Positions 42,017-51,629 of a stretch of DNA of 64,000 nucleotides are shown piece after piece; position 1 is the stretch's first letter; each line of letters opens with the position of its first letter. A program made the position numbers and the translations under genes. This DNA is from an uncultured Muribaculaceae bacterium (GTDB taxonomy: Bacteria > Bacillota_I > Bacilli_A > RF39 > UBA660). The stretch covers positions 58,929-122,928 of the forward strand of contig CAYJKH010000002.1 in assembly GCA_964371025.1 (NCBI GenBank). The letters run 5' to 3'. The notes beneath the pieces are model-generated. The model was not told the origin of the DNA and did not search any database. It worked only from the letters and a program-made list of their open reading frames with translations.

Positions 42017-44107
42017 ATGTTTAATAAAATAGTATATATAAGTGATAAAAGTGCTCATGTTAGTTTAAATACTGAAAAAGAAGTAACTATGAATTTAATG
42101 AATTTACACATAGTTTTTGATGATGGGATTAAACAAATTTTAGGAGAAATAGATGATTTAGATAAAAATATCGCTAAAATTAGATTTTTAGGAGAAATTG
42201 CTAATGATAGGCTATATTCAGGAGTTATTAGAAAACCAGCTATGGATGCAACTGTTAGAATTATTTCAAAAGAAGAAGTTCATTTAATAACAGGAGAAAA
42301 TAAAGCTGGGCAACTAAATTTAGGAGTTAGTCCTTTTTATAATGATTATCCAGTATACTTAGATGTAAATAGCTTCTTTTCAAATCACTTTTCGATTATT
42401 GGTAATAGTGGTTCTGGTAAAAGTTGTGGAGTATCTAGACTTATTCAAAATTTATTTTCAAATAAAAACTTATTCCCTTATAAATCGAATCTTTTATTTT
42501 TTGATTCATCTGGAGAATACTATAATGCATTTAAAGATATAAATAAAATAGATCCTAGTTATCATTTTAAATATATATCTACTAATGAAACGGATCCTAT
42601 GGTAGAAAAGTTAAGAATACCAATTTGGTTATTAAATGCAACAGATGTAGCATTATTATTACAAATAACAAATCATTCCCAAATACCAATTGTGGAAAGA
42701 ATGTTAAAACTAGCTAATATTTTTGCGCAAACTGGGGATGAAGCTAATAATTATAAAAACTACTTAATTGCAAAAGCAATAATGACTATTTTATATACTA
42801 ATGAAACAGCACCGAATAAAAGAAATGAAATTTTTTCAATTATAGCAAACTGTAGTACAGATCAATTTCATCTTGAGGCCGATCTTCAAGGAATTGGGTA
42901 TACAAGAAAATTTAGAGAATGCTTTTTAATTGATAACAGTGGTCAATTTACTGAAAGTGTTTTATTAACTGAATATATTTCTTCGTTTATAAAACCAGAA
43001 TATGAAACTTATGAGATTAATGAGAAAAATGCTTATAATTTAGAAACTTTAGAGAATGCTTTAAGTTTTACTTTAATAAGTGAAGGATGGTTAAGGAATG
43101 AACAAACTTATGGAGATGCTGTAACTATAAAAGTAAGATTACATTCTTTAATAACAGGAGAGTTAGCAAAATATTTTGATTATCAAGCAAATGCAACACT
43201 AGATAGTTTCTTATCTTCATTATTAATAGATAGTAATAGAAAATATCAAATTGTTAATATTAATTTTTCAGATGTTGATGATGACTTTGCAAAAGTAATT
43301 ACAAAAATATTTTCAAGAATGTTCTTTGATTTTGCAAAAGGATTAACTGATAGAGCAACAATTCCTTTTCATTTAATTATTGAAGAAGCTCATAGATATA
43401 TTCAAAATGATAGAGATAGATTCTTGTTTGGATATAATATATTTGAAAGAATAGCAAAAGAAGGAAGAAAGTATGGAGTTATTTTAGGATTAATTACCCA
43501 AAGACCTGTTGAACTTTCTGATACAGTAATTTCACAATGTTCTAACTTTTTAATATTCAAAATGAACCATCCTGTAGATGTGGAATATATTAGAAAGATG
43601 CTACCTAATATTAGTGATGAAATTGTTGAAAAACAAAAAACATTACAAGCAGGGACATGTTTAGGATTTGGATTTGCTTTTAAAATTCCAATCATTGTAA
43701 AATTAGAAATGCCAAACCCTTCACCATTAAGTGGAAGTGTTAACATTTACGGAGCGTGGAATGGTAATAAACCACAAAGCAACGTTGTAATACAAGAAGA
43801 TATTCCAGATCCAATGCCAATAGTAAATAAAGTAGTGGAAGCGGTTAAAGAACCAGTTGCAGAACCAGTATTACAAATACAAGCAGAAGCACCAACGATT
43901 CCAGTAGTGCAATCAGAGGTACAAGCAGCAGAACCAGTATTACAAATTCAAACAGAAGTACAACCAGAAATTCAACAGTCAGTTGTAGCAATCCCAGAAG
44001 TACAACATCAAGTTGCACCACAAGTGGAGATTCCTTTGCCGCAGCCTGCAGTTCAAGCATCAGTACAATCTGTTGATATAAACCAATTAACATCACTAGG
44101 AGAATAA
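42017..44107 (+). CDS. HerA/FtsK-superfamily (DUF87-like) ATPase with N-terminal HAS-barrel-like domain and C-terminal P/Q/V/E-rich repeat tail
   Basis: Walker A GNSGSGKS. Walker B region HLIIEEAHRYI. C-terminal GLITQRPVELSDTVISQCSNFLIFKMNHP block typical of HerA-like ATPases. Tail PVAEPVLQIQ... repeats. Confidence 0.65.
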   Translation: MFNKIVYISDKSAHVSLNTEKEVTMNLMNLHIVFDDGIKQILGEIDDLDKNIAKIRFLGEIANDRLYSGVIRKPAMDATVRIISKEEVHLITGENKAGQLNLGVSPFYNDYPVYLDVNSFFSNHFSIIGNSGSGKSCGVSRLIQNLFSNKNLFPYKSNLLFFDSSGEYYNAFKDINKIDPSYHFKYISTNETDPMVEKLRIPIWLLNATDVALLLQITNHSQIPIVERMLKLANIFAQTGDEANNYKNYLIAKAIMTILYTNETAPNKRNEIFSIIANCSTDQFHLEADLQGIGYTRKFRECFLIDNSGQFTESVLLTEYISSFIKPEYETYEINEKNAYNLETLENALSFTLISEGWLRNEQTYGDAVTIKVRLHSLITGELAKYFDYQANATLDSFLSSLLIDSNRKYQIVNINFSDVDDDFAKVITKIFSRMFFDFAKGLTDRATIPFHLIIEEAHRYIQNDRDRFLFGYNIFERIAKEGRKYGVILGLITQRPVELSDTVISQCSNFLIFKMNHPVDVEYIRKMLPNISDEIVEKQKTLQAGTCLGFGFAFKIPIIVKLEMPNPSPLSGSVNIYGAWNGNKPQSNVVIQEDIPDPMPIVNKVVEAVKEPVAEPVLQIQAEAPTIPVVQSEVQAAEPVLQIQTEVQPEIQQSVVAIPEVQHQVAPQVEIPLPQPAVQASVQSVDINQLTSLGE

Positions 44108-44109
44108 AA

Positions 44110-44138
44110 GAAACAAGAGAATTACTCTTGTTTTTGTT
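44110..44138 (+). terminator. rho-independent terminator after the HerA-like gene
   Basis: AACAAGAG-aatt-ACTCTTGTT followed by a T-rich tract. Confidence 0.7.
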
Positions 44139-44184
44139 ATTTGTTTCTATACAATTTATAAATTAGATGATATAATTTATATAT

Positions 44185-44271
44185 GCCTGTGTGGTGGAAT
44201 TGGTAGACACGTTGGACTCAAAATCCAATGGTAGAAATATCATGTCGGTTCAAGTCCGACCACAGGTACCA
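44185..44271 (+). tRNA. tRNA-Leu (anticodon CAA), CCA encoded
   Basis: 87 nt. Acceptor GCCTGTG/CACAGGT. Anticodon loop CUCAAAA. Long variable arm. T-loop GGTTCAAGTCC. Confidence 0.9.
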
Positions 44272-44366
44272 ATAAAAAAATAAATAGATAGAAATATCTA
44301 TTTTTTAAATAATTTTAACTAGATAAAAATATAAAAAAATGATATCTTAAGTATAGAGGTGAGTAG

Positions 44367-45164
44367 ATGAAAAGGGTTAAACTAATATGTGGTTTATTTA
44401 CTATTATGATACTAACAGGATGTAATGGAACAGTAACTAAGGAGTTAAGACATAATGGATTTAGTGTATCTGATGAAGAATTTATTTGTGATTATTTAAT
44501 TAAGGATGATTTAGTAGTGGGAGAAGTAAAATATTTAACAAATGATTTTGCTATATTAAATAATAATAAAATTTACGCTCTTTCGATTGGACAAAAATTT
44601 AGTAATGAAAAAAATTGTAAAGAATTAAAAAGTATAAAAGTATTATCAATAATAGATAACAAAATATTCTTAGGAGAAGATAATAAATTATATTATACTC
44701 CTACTAGTAAAAGTGAAGTAATAGAGTGTACTACAAAAGAAGATGATTATTATTTATATAAAGCATTATTAAATGATGGAAATGTAAAAATTATTTCAAT
44801 TGATCAAACCAATGGCATTTATTATATTTTGTCAGATGATGGAAATGTATATGAAGTAACTATTAATACAGAAACGTTTACAGAGTTAAATCGAAAATTA
44901 ATATATGATCATAAGAATTATGATGGGAAGATTGTAGACTTTAATTTTTCTTATAATAATCTTAATAGTCAATTTATAAAAACAAACACAAGTTATTATA
45001 GAAATCAAACAACTAATTTAGAAGAGTGTAGTATGTATGCTGATGTTCTTTGTCAATATAAATTTAGTAAAGATACTGTTATGACTGAATATGAAGATAA
45101 TATTCTACATTATAATGGAGATTTATTAATAACAACTTATGGGAAAATATTTAATATAAGCTAG
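44367..45164 (+). CDS. lipoprotein (hypothetical)
   Basis: Signal peptide with lipobox ILTGCNG. Confidence 0.55.
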   Translation: MKRVKLICGLFTIMILTGCNGTVTKELRHNGFSVSDEEFICDYLIKDDLVVGEVKYLTNDFAILNNNKIYALSIGQKFSNEKNCKELKSIKVLSIIDNKIFLGEDNKLYYTPTSKSEVIECTTKEDDYYLYKALLNDGNVKIISIDQTNGIYYILSDDGNVYEVTINTETFTELNRKLIYDHKNYDGKIVDFNFSYNNLNSQFIKTNTSYYRNQTTNLEECSMYADVLCQYKFSKDTVMTEYEDNILHYNGDLLITTYGKIFNIS

Positions 45165-45187
45165 TATATTAGATTAAGAGGTGGAAT

Positions 45188-46060
45188 ATGAAAGTAGCAG
45201 AATTATGGAAAGATTATGAAATTATAGATGCATCAGCAGGAGAAAAATTAGAAAAATGGAAAGATATTATTTTACTCAGACCTGATCCAAGTATTATTTG
45301 GGATGATAGAAAATTATTAGAGGAATATAAAGATTCTATTAATGCAGTATATCATAGAAGTAATAAAGGTGGTGGACAGTGGGATAATTTAAAATATACA
45401 CCAGATAAATGGGAAGTGTCATATAAAAATCTAAAGTTTAATATTAAGCAAATGGGTTTTAAACATACGGGACTATTCCCAGAACAAGCTGTTAATTGGG
45501 ATTTCATGATTGAAAAAATTAAGACTCGAAAAGAAGAAGTAAAAGTTTTAAATTTATTTGCATATACAGGAGGGGCAACAGTTGCTTGTTTAAGTGCTGG
45601 AGCATCAGTAGTTCATGTTGATTCTTCTCGCGGTATGATAGAATGGTGTAAGGAAAATGTTAAATCTAATAATTTGGAAGATAAAAATATTAGATACTTA
45701 CATGATGATGTAGTTAAATTTGTTAAAAGAGAAATTAGAAGAGGAAATAAATATGATGCTATAGTAATGGATCCACCAAGTTATGGAAAAGGGGCTAATG
45801 GAGAAGTTTGGGATATTGAAAAAGATTTAACTAATTTAGTTAATTTAACAGTAGACTTATTAAGTGATAATGCTTTATTTTTCTTGATTAATTCTTATAC
45901 AACATCACTATCTTCAATATGTTTGAAAAATATGCTTGAATTAACTATAAATAAAAAAATACCAGGAAAAATTACAGCAGGAGAGATTGGATTACCAATA
46001 ACTAAAACAAATTTAATTTTACCTTGTGGTATATATGGGAAATGGGAAGATAATAAATAA
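45188..46060 (+). CDS. class I SAM-dependent methyltransferase (RlmI/RlmK-like rRNA methyltransferase core without PUA)
   Basis: LNLFAYTGGATVACL (motif I) and DAIVMDPPSYGK (motif IV DPP). Confidence 0.7.
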   Translation: MKVAELWKDYEIIDASAGEKLEKWKDIILLRPDPSIIWDDRKLLEEYKDSINAVYHRSNKGGGQWDNLKYTPDKWEVSYKNLKFNIKQMGFKHTGLFPEQAVNWDFMIEKIKTRKEEVKVLNLFAYTGGATVACLSAGASVVHVDSSRGMIEWCKENVKSNNLEDKNIRYLHDDVVKFVKREIRRGNKYDAIVMDPPSYGKGANGEVWDIEKDLTNLVNLTVDLLSDNALFFLINSYTTSLSSICLKNMLELTINKKIPGKITAGEIGLPITKTNLILPCGIYGKWEDNK

Positions 46061-46204
46061 TTTCATAAAAGTATAATAATGTTGGTATTAAAAAAGAGTA
46101 CTAATATTATTTTTTTTATTATGTAAATATACTAAAATATGTTTGCAATTGAATTATAAATTTGATATTATATTTATAAGATAGATAAAAGGGAGAAGAT
46201 TATT

Positions 46205-47221
46205 ATGGATAAATTTGATTTAAACTGGTTTACCTCAATACCAGGATTATTAATAACAGGGGGAGTTTTATTATTACTAATAGCAATTATTATGTTAATA
46301 GTAACAGGTAAAAAGTCTAAAAAGAAAACGGATGTTCAAACTCAGTCTACTCAAGAAGCACAACAATTAGCAGTAAATACTGCTGTGCCAATGGAGACAC
46401 AAGTTATGGATCCTATTCAACCAGGGCCAGTTGAACCAATTTCACAACCGATGATGAATGAAACTCCAGCAATTCCGGTAACACCTGAGCCGGCAGTGCA
46501 ACCAATGATGAATGAAATTCTAGCAATTCCAGTAACACCTGAGCCAGCAGTACAACCAATAATGAATGAAGTTCCTGCAGTTCCAATGGAGCCAGTGGCA
46601 CCGATGATGAATGAAATACCTATAGCAGCAATGCCTGCAGTAGAGCCAGTGGTTGCTATGCCAGAAGTAGTAATGCCTGTAGCAGAACCAGTAGTTGCTA
46701 TGCCAGAAGTAGCGATGCCTGTAGCAGAACCAGTAGTTGCTATGCCAGAAGTAGCAATGCCTGTAGCAGAACCAGTAGTTGCTATGCCAGAAGTAGCAAT
46801 GCCTGCAGTAGAACCAGTAGTTGCTATGCCAGAAGTAGCGATGCCTGCAGTAGAACCGGTAGTTGCTATGCCTGCAGTAGAACCAGCTCCAGTATCAATT
46901 TATGGTGGAGAATCTCCTATTATACCTAATATTAATATGAATACAGCACCTGCTAACCCAATATATGGGGGAGCAGATCCTTTAGAAAATACACAAACAG
47001 CATTAACTGCAATTGCACCAGCAATTGAACCAACACCAGTAGTTGAAACTACTCCAGTTATTGAACCAACTATAGCTCCAATGCCTCAAACAGTAATGCC
47101 AGCAGTTGCTCCAGTAGTTCAACCAATGCCAGTTATGCCTGGAGTTCAACAACCAATTCCACAGCCTGTACAACAACCAGTACAACCACAAGTTAGTGCA
47201 CAAAATATTGAAACAATGTAA
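46205..47221 (+). CDS. single-pass membrane protein with long Pro/Val/Ala/Met/Glu-rich tandem repeats
   Basis: N-terminal TM LLITGGVLLLLIAIIMLIV. Three 19-aa repeats QPMMNE.PAIPVTPEPAV, then five to six 14-aa repeats VAEPVVAMPEVAMP. Two PIYGG motifs. Confidence 0.55.
   Translation: MDKFDLNWFTSIPGLLITGGVLLLLIAIIMLIVTGKKSKKKTDVQTQSTQEAQQLAVNTAVPMETQVMDPIQPGPVEPISQPMMNETPAIPVTPEPAVQPMMNEILAIPVTPEPAVQPIMNEVPAVPMEPVAPMMNEIPIAAMPAVEPVVAMPEVVMPVAEPVVAMPEVAMPVAEPVVAMPEVAMPVAEPVVAMPEVAMPAVEPVVAMPEVAMPAVEPVVAMPAVEPAPVSIYGGESPIIPNINMNTAPANPIYGGADPLENTQTALTAIAPAIEPTPVVETTPVIEPTIAPMPQTVMPAVAPVVQPMPVMPGVQQPIPQPVQQPVQPQVSAQNIETM
46443..46613 (+). repeat. about three copies of a 57-bp tandem repeat inside the CDS
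   Basis: caaccRatgatgaatgaaaYtcYagcaattccRgtaacacctgagccRgcagtR reiterated. Confidence 0.6.
46633..46890 (+). repeat. five to six copies of a 42-bp tandem repeat inside the CDS
   Basis: gcctgYagYagaRccagtRgttgctatgccagaagtagYRat near-identical units. Confidence 0.7.
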
Positions 47222-47242
47222 TATAGAAGGTGGAGGAATAAA

Positions 47243-48043
47243 ATGAAGGGTTTACTAAGATTTATAATAAATACATGTTTGGCATTAATTATCGTATCAG
47301 CTATATTTTCTACTTTCTTATTCTTTAATACAGATGAAGATGGAGTTATTAGTATAAATGATACAAGTTTAATTCCAATAACAAATAGTGATTTAAGTCC
47401 TACCGTAGAAGAGATGGATTTAATATTTGTTAAAGCAATTACTAATTATGATGATATTGCAAAAAATGATGTTATTTCATATAAGAAAATAACAAATGAA
47501 AAAATGACAATTGAAACTAAAAGAGTATATTTAATTAATAAGACAGATGATGGATATACTTTTATTACAAAAACAGATACTGGTAATGTAGCTAATCAAG
47601 ATACAGTTAAAGCAAGTGATATTATTGGTAAATGGAATAACCAAAAAGTACTATTTGTAGGAGCTTATTTTGAATTTATTACTTCTATTATTGGATTTAT
47701 AGCAGTTGTTATAATACCTTTAACAGTATTAGTGATATTATTAATTGCTACTATTATTCAAAAACAAAAAAAGGTAGTAAAAGAAGCTGAAGAAGATAAT
47801 ATATCAGTAGAAACTAATCACTATGAGCATACTCAAGTATTAGGTAAAATTACAGAAGATAATATTATGGATTATGATAAAAAGAAATTAGAAGTAGAAA
47901 ATTCTGAAGTTGCTAAGGGAGTAAAAGAAGAAAAACCAACAATTCAAGAAGAAGTAGATAATGTAGAGCAAATCTTAAACAAAGAAGCTACTGCAGAAGA
48001 AACTAAAGAAGTAAAAAAAGAAGAGGATATTGAAGTTTTATAA
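47243..48043 (+). CDS. SipW/ER-type (S26B) signal-peptidase-like membrane protein with divergent catalytic motif and acidic C-terminal tail
   Basis: N-terminal TM, region LIPITNSDLSPTVEEMDLIFVK resembling the SGSMEPT..GD..V box, second TM near residue 150. Catalytic Ser/His assignment uncertain. Confidence 0.4.
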   Translation: MKGLLRFIINTCLALIIVSAIFSTFLFFNTDEDGVISINDTSLIPITNSDLSPTVEEMDLIFVKAITNYDDIAKNDVISYKKITNEKMTIETKRVYLINKTDDGYTFITKTDTGNVANQDTVKASDIIGKWNNQKVLFVGAYFEFITSIIGFIAVVIIPLTVLVILLIATIIQKQKKVVKEAEEDNISVETNHYEHTQVLGKITEDNIMDYDKKKLEVENSEVAKGVKEEKPTIQEEVDNVEQILNKEATAEETKEVKKEEDIEVL

Positions 48044-48140
48044 AAATGATAAGAAGATTAGTCTTCTTTTTTTTATTAATATCGACAATATTATAAAAAA
48101 ATGATAAAATTAAATATATTCTAATTACTAGGAGGCAAAC

Positions 48141-51100
48141 ATGAATAATGATAATATATATAAAATTATGGATGGAAATGAAGCAGCAGCTTATGCATCA
48201 TATAACTTTACGGAAGTAGCGGCTATATACCCAATTACTCCTGCTAGTCCAATGGCTGAGTTAACAGACAAGTGGAGTGGGGAAAGTAAATTGAATTATT
48301 TTGATTTACCAGTAAAAGTGGTAGAGATGCAAAGTGAAGGAGGAGCAGCAGGAATGATGCACGGTTCTCTTTTGAGTGGTAGTTTAACTACTACTTATAC
48401 AGCATCCCAAGGATTATTATTAATGCTTCCAAATATGTATAAAATGGCTGGAGAATTATTACCAGGAGTTATAAATGTTTCAGCACGATCACTGGCAACA
48501 CATGCTTTATCTATATTTGGAGACCACCAAGATATATATTCAGCTAGATCAACTGGTTTTGCAATGCTTGCAACATCATCTCCACAAGAAGCAATGGACT
48601 TAACTTCTGTTGCTCATCTTGCAGCAATAAAGGGAAGAGTACCTTTTATGAATTTTTTTGATGGATTTAGAACTTCACATGAATTACAAAAAATAAAAGT
48701 AATTGATACTGATAAAGTAAAAAAATTAATTGATGAAAAAGCTTTAAATGAATTTAGGAATAGAGCTCTAAATAATGAAAATCCAGTTGTAAAAGGGACT
48801 GCTCAAAATGAAGATATATATTTTCAAGCAACTGAAATTAGAAATGAATATTATGATAAGTTACCAGATATTGTAAATGGATATATGAATGAAATAAATA
48901 AAATAACTAATCAAAATTATGCCCCATTTAACTATTATGGTTCTAAAAATGCTACTAAAGTAATTGTAGCTATGGGATCAGTTTGTGAAACTATTAAAGA
49001 AACTATAACTTATCTAAATAATTATAAAAATCAAAACTTAGGATTAATTGAAGTCCATTTATATAGACCGTTTTCAACTAAATATTTTTTAAGAGTATTA
49101 CCAAAAACAGTTAAAAAAATAGCAGTTTTAGATAGAACTAAAGAGCCAGGAGCTACTGGAGAACCATTATATTTAGATATTGTTAAAATTATTAAAGAAA
49201 CAGAACCAAAAGTAAATGTATATGGGGGTCGTTATGGACTTTCTAGTAAAAACACAACTCCTGCTATGATAAAAGGGGTATATGAATTTTTGGATTCTAA
49301 AGAAGTTCATAGTAATTTTACAGTTGGAATAGAAGATGATATTACTAATTTATCAATTAAATATGATGAGAAATTTAGTATACCAAGTGAAAATATTGAA
49401 TTTTTAATATATGGATATGGCAGTGATGGGATGGTTAGTGCTTCTAAAGATTTACTACAAATTACAGGAACTTATACAAAAGCATATGTTCAAGGATATT
49501 TTCAGTATGATTCGAAAAAATCTGGGGGAATTACTATTTCTAATTTAAGATTTGGTAAAGAACCAATTACTTCAACATATTATGTAGAAAAAGCAAGTTT
49601 AATAGTATGTACAAAAGATTCATATTTGACTAAAATTAAAATGTTAGAAAAAATAAAAAAGAATGGTATATTCTTACTTAATACATCAAAAACTCCAGAT
49701 GAAGTAGTAAGTGCTCTTACTAATCATGATAAGAAGATTATTAAAGAAAAAAATATTAAAGTATTTGTAATTGATGCTAATAAAATAGCAAAAGAAAATG
49801 GAATACCAGGAAAAATTTCTTCAATTATGGAAATCTTAATTTTTAAATTAGGAAAAATTATTGATTTTGATTTTGCAAGTGATAAAATTAAAGAAAATTT
49901 AAAAAATAGATTTAAAAATAAATCTGGGGATTTAGCAGATAAAAATGAAAAAGCGATTAATAGTTCAATTAAAGATATGGCTGTTGTAAAAATTCCTAAT
50001 ATTGAATATGATTTATCGAAAGAAAAAGAGAAGACTATCTTTGAAACAATTGTTAGTATGGAAGGGGATAAATTGCCAGTAAGTTCATTTGTTAATAATC
50101 CGGATGGTACTTTTGAAAGTGCTACAACAAAACTTGAAAAACCTAATACTCATGAGAGTGCACCTTCATTTGATTGTAGTAAGTGTATAGCATGTAATAT
50201 GTGTTCATTTGTATGTCCTCATGCTGTTATTAGACCATTTTTATTGGATGAGAATGAACAGTTAGATTGTCCTGAATCAGTTAAGAGAAATTTAATTGAT
50301 GCTAAAGTAAAAGATGAAAATTTAAAGTTTACAATTGGAGTTAGTTTGTATGATTGTACTAGTTGTGGTTTATGTGTTAAATCATGTCCAAGAGAAGCTT
50401 TAGAAATGAAATCTAAAAAGGAATTATTAGAAGATAAAAAACATGAGGAATATGAATTTTTATTTAATGAAGTTAGTGAAAAATGTCCATTACCATTAAC
50501 AACTGTTAAGGGTAGTCAATTTGCTACTCCGAAATTTGAATTCCCAGGAGCATGTGCTGGATGTGGAGAAACACCTTATTTAAAATTATTAACACAATTA
50601 TTTGGAGAAAATTTAGTGATTGCTAATGCAACAGGATGTTCTTCAATTTATGGAGGTTCTACGCCACTTATGCCTTATAGTGTGCCTTGGGCAAACTCAT
50701 TATTTGAAGATAATGCTGAATTTGGATTGGGAATGAAAATATCTGATTTAGTAATGAAAGAAAAAGTAACAACAGTTATTAATAATAATCTTAAAAATAT
50801 AAAAAAATCAGAAGAAAAAATTTATACTGAATATGTAGAAAATATTAATAATGAAACAGCTAATAAGTTATTAGAAATAGTAGATAATACTAAAATAAAA
50901 GAATTACTACCGTTGAAAAAATTTATTAAACCAAAATCAGTTTGGATAGTAGGTGGAGATGGTTGGGCATATGATATTGGGTATAGTGGAATAGACCATG
51001 TAATAGCTAATAATATAGATGTAAATATATTAGTGTTAGATACCGAAGTTTATTCTAATACGGGAGGTCAAGCTTCTAAATCAACTAGACTAGGAGCAGT

Positions 51101-51578
51101 TGCTAAGTTTGCAGCTAACGGAAAAGAAACTGCCAAAAAAGATTTAGCAAAAATTGCTTTAACATATCCCCACGTATATGTTGGAACTATATCACTTGGA
51201 GCAAATCCAGCTAACACTATTAAAGTATTAACAGAAGCAGAAGCATATAAAGGACCATCAATTATCCTAGCTTATGCACCATGTATTGCTCAAGGATTAA
51301 TAAGTGGTATGTCTAATAGTATAGAAGAAGCTAAAAATGCTACAAACTGTGGATATTTCCCAATTTTTAACTATAATCCTGACACAGAAAAATTTAAATT
51401 AAATTCAAAAGCAGATTTTTCTAATTATATAAACTTTTTAGGAGGAGAAGATAGATATCGATCTTTAAAAAACGTAAATAATAATTATAAAGAGATTCTA
51501 GAACAAAATAAAAAAAGTGCTGAAGAAAGATATAAATCATACCAAGATTTAGTAGATAGAGATAATTATCAAAAATAA
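48141..51578 (+). CDS. nifJ: pyruvate:ferredoxin (flavodoxin) oxidoreductase
   Basis: 1145 aa. Two 4Fe-4S ferredoxin motifs CIACNMCSFVCP and CTSCGLCVKSCP. TPP-binding GGDGWAYDIG. Confidence 0.95.
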   Translation: MNNDNIYKIMDGNEAAAYASYNFTEVAAIYPITPASPMAELTDKWSGESKLNYFDLPVKVVEMQSEGGAAGMMHGSLLSGSLTTTYTASQGLLLMLPNMYKMAGELLPGVINVSARSLATHALSIFGDHQDIYSARSTGFAMLATSSPQEAMDLTSVAHLAAIKGRVPFMNFFDGFRTSHELQKIKVIDTDKVKKLIDEKALNEFRNRALNNENPVVKGTAQNEDIYFQATEIRNEYYDKLPDIVNGYMNEINKITNQNYAPFNYYGSKNATKVIVAMGSVCETIKETITYLNNYKNQNLGLIEVHLYRPFSTKYFLRVLPKTVKKIAVLDRTKEPGATGEPLYLDIVKIIKETEPKVNVYGGRYGLSSKNTTPAMIKGVYEFLDSKEVHSNFTVGIEDDITNLSIKYDEKFSIPSENIEFLIYGYGSDGMVSASKDLLQITGTYTKAYVQGYFQYDSKKSGGITISNLRFGKEPITSTYYVEKASLIVCTKDSYLTKIKMLEKIKKNGIFLLNTSKTPDEVVSALTNHDKKIIKEKNIKVFVIDANKIAKENGIPGKISSIMEILIFKLGKIIDFDFASDKIKENLKNRFKNKSGDLADKNEKAINSSIKDMAVVKIPNIEYDLSKEKEKTIFETIVSMEGDKLPVSSFVNNPDGTFESATTKLEKPNTHESAPSFDCSKCIACNMCSFVCPHAVIRPFLLDENEQLDCPESVKRNLIDAKVKDENLKFTIGVSLYDCTSCGLCVKSCPREALEMKSKKELLEDKKHEEYEFLFNEVSEKCPLPLTTVKGSQFATPKFEFPGACAGCGETPYLKLLTQLFGENLVIANATGCSSIYGGSTPLMPYSVPWANSLFEDNAEFGLGMKISDLVMKEKVTTVINNNLKNIKKSEEKIYTEYVENINNETANKLLEIVDNTKIKELLPLKKFIKPKSVWIVGGDGWAYDIGYSGIDHVIANNIDVNILVLDTEVYSNTGGQASKSTRLGAVAKFAANGKETAKKDLAKIALTYPHVYVGTISLGANPANTIKVLTEAEAYKGPSIILAYAPCIAQGLISGMSNSIEEAKNATNCGYFPIFNYNPDTEKFKLNSKADFSNYINFLGGEDRYRSLKNVNNNYKEILEQNKKSAEERYKSYQDLVDRDNYQK

Positions 51579-51603
51579 ACTAGTGTAAACTAGTTTTTTT
51601 CTA
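51579..51603 (+). terminator. rho-independent terminator after PFOR
   Basis: AACTAGT-gtaa-ACTAGTT followed by T7. Confidence 0.7.
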
Positions 51604-51629
51604 TGTTATAATAAAAAAAGGAGATAAGT

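Noticed and set aside
46205-47221. Anti-sigma factor or proline-rich cell-wall sorting (LPXTG) protein
   Set aside because: There is no C-terminal LPXTG or sortase signal, and no adjacent ECF sigma factor.
44185-48100. Genomic island integrated at tRNA-Leu
   Set aside because: There is no integrase, recombinase or transposase. I could not see a direct repeat of the tRNA 3' end. The downstream genes (lipoprotein, rRNA-methyltransferase-like gene, PFOR) look chromosomal. The idea is retained only as context for the HerA-like finding.
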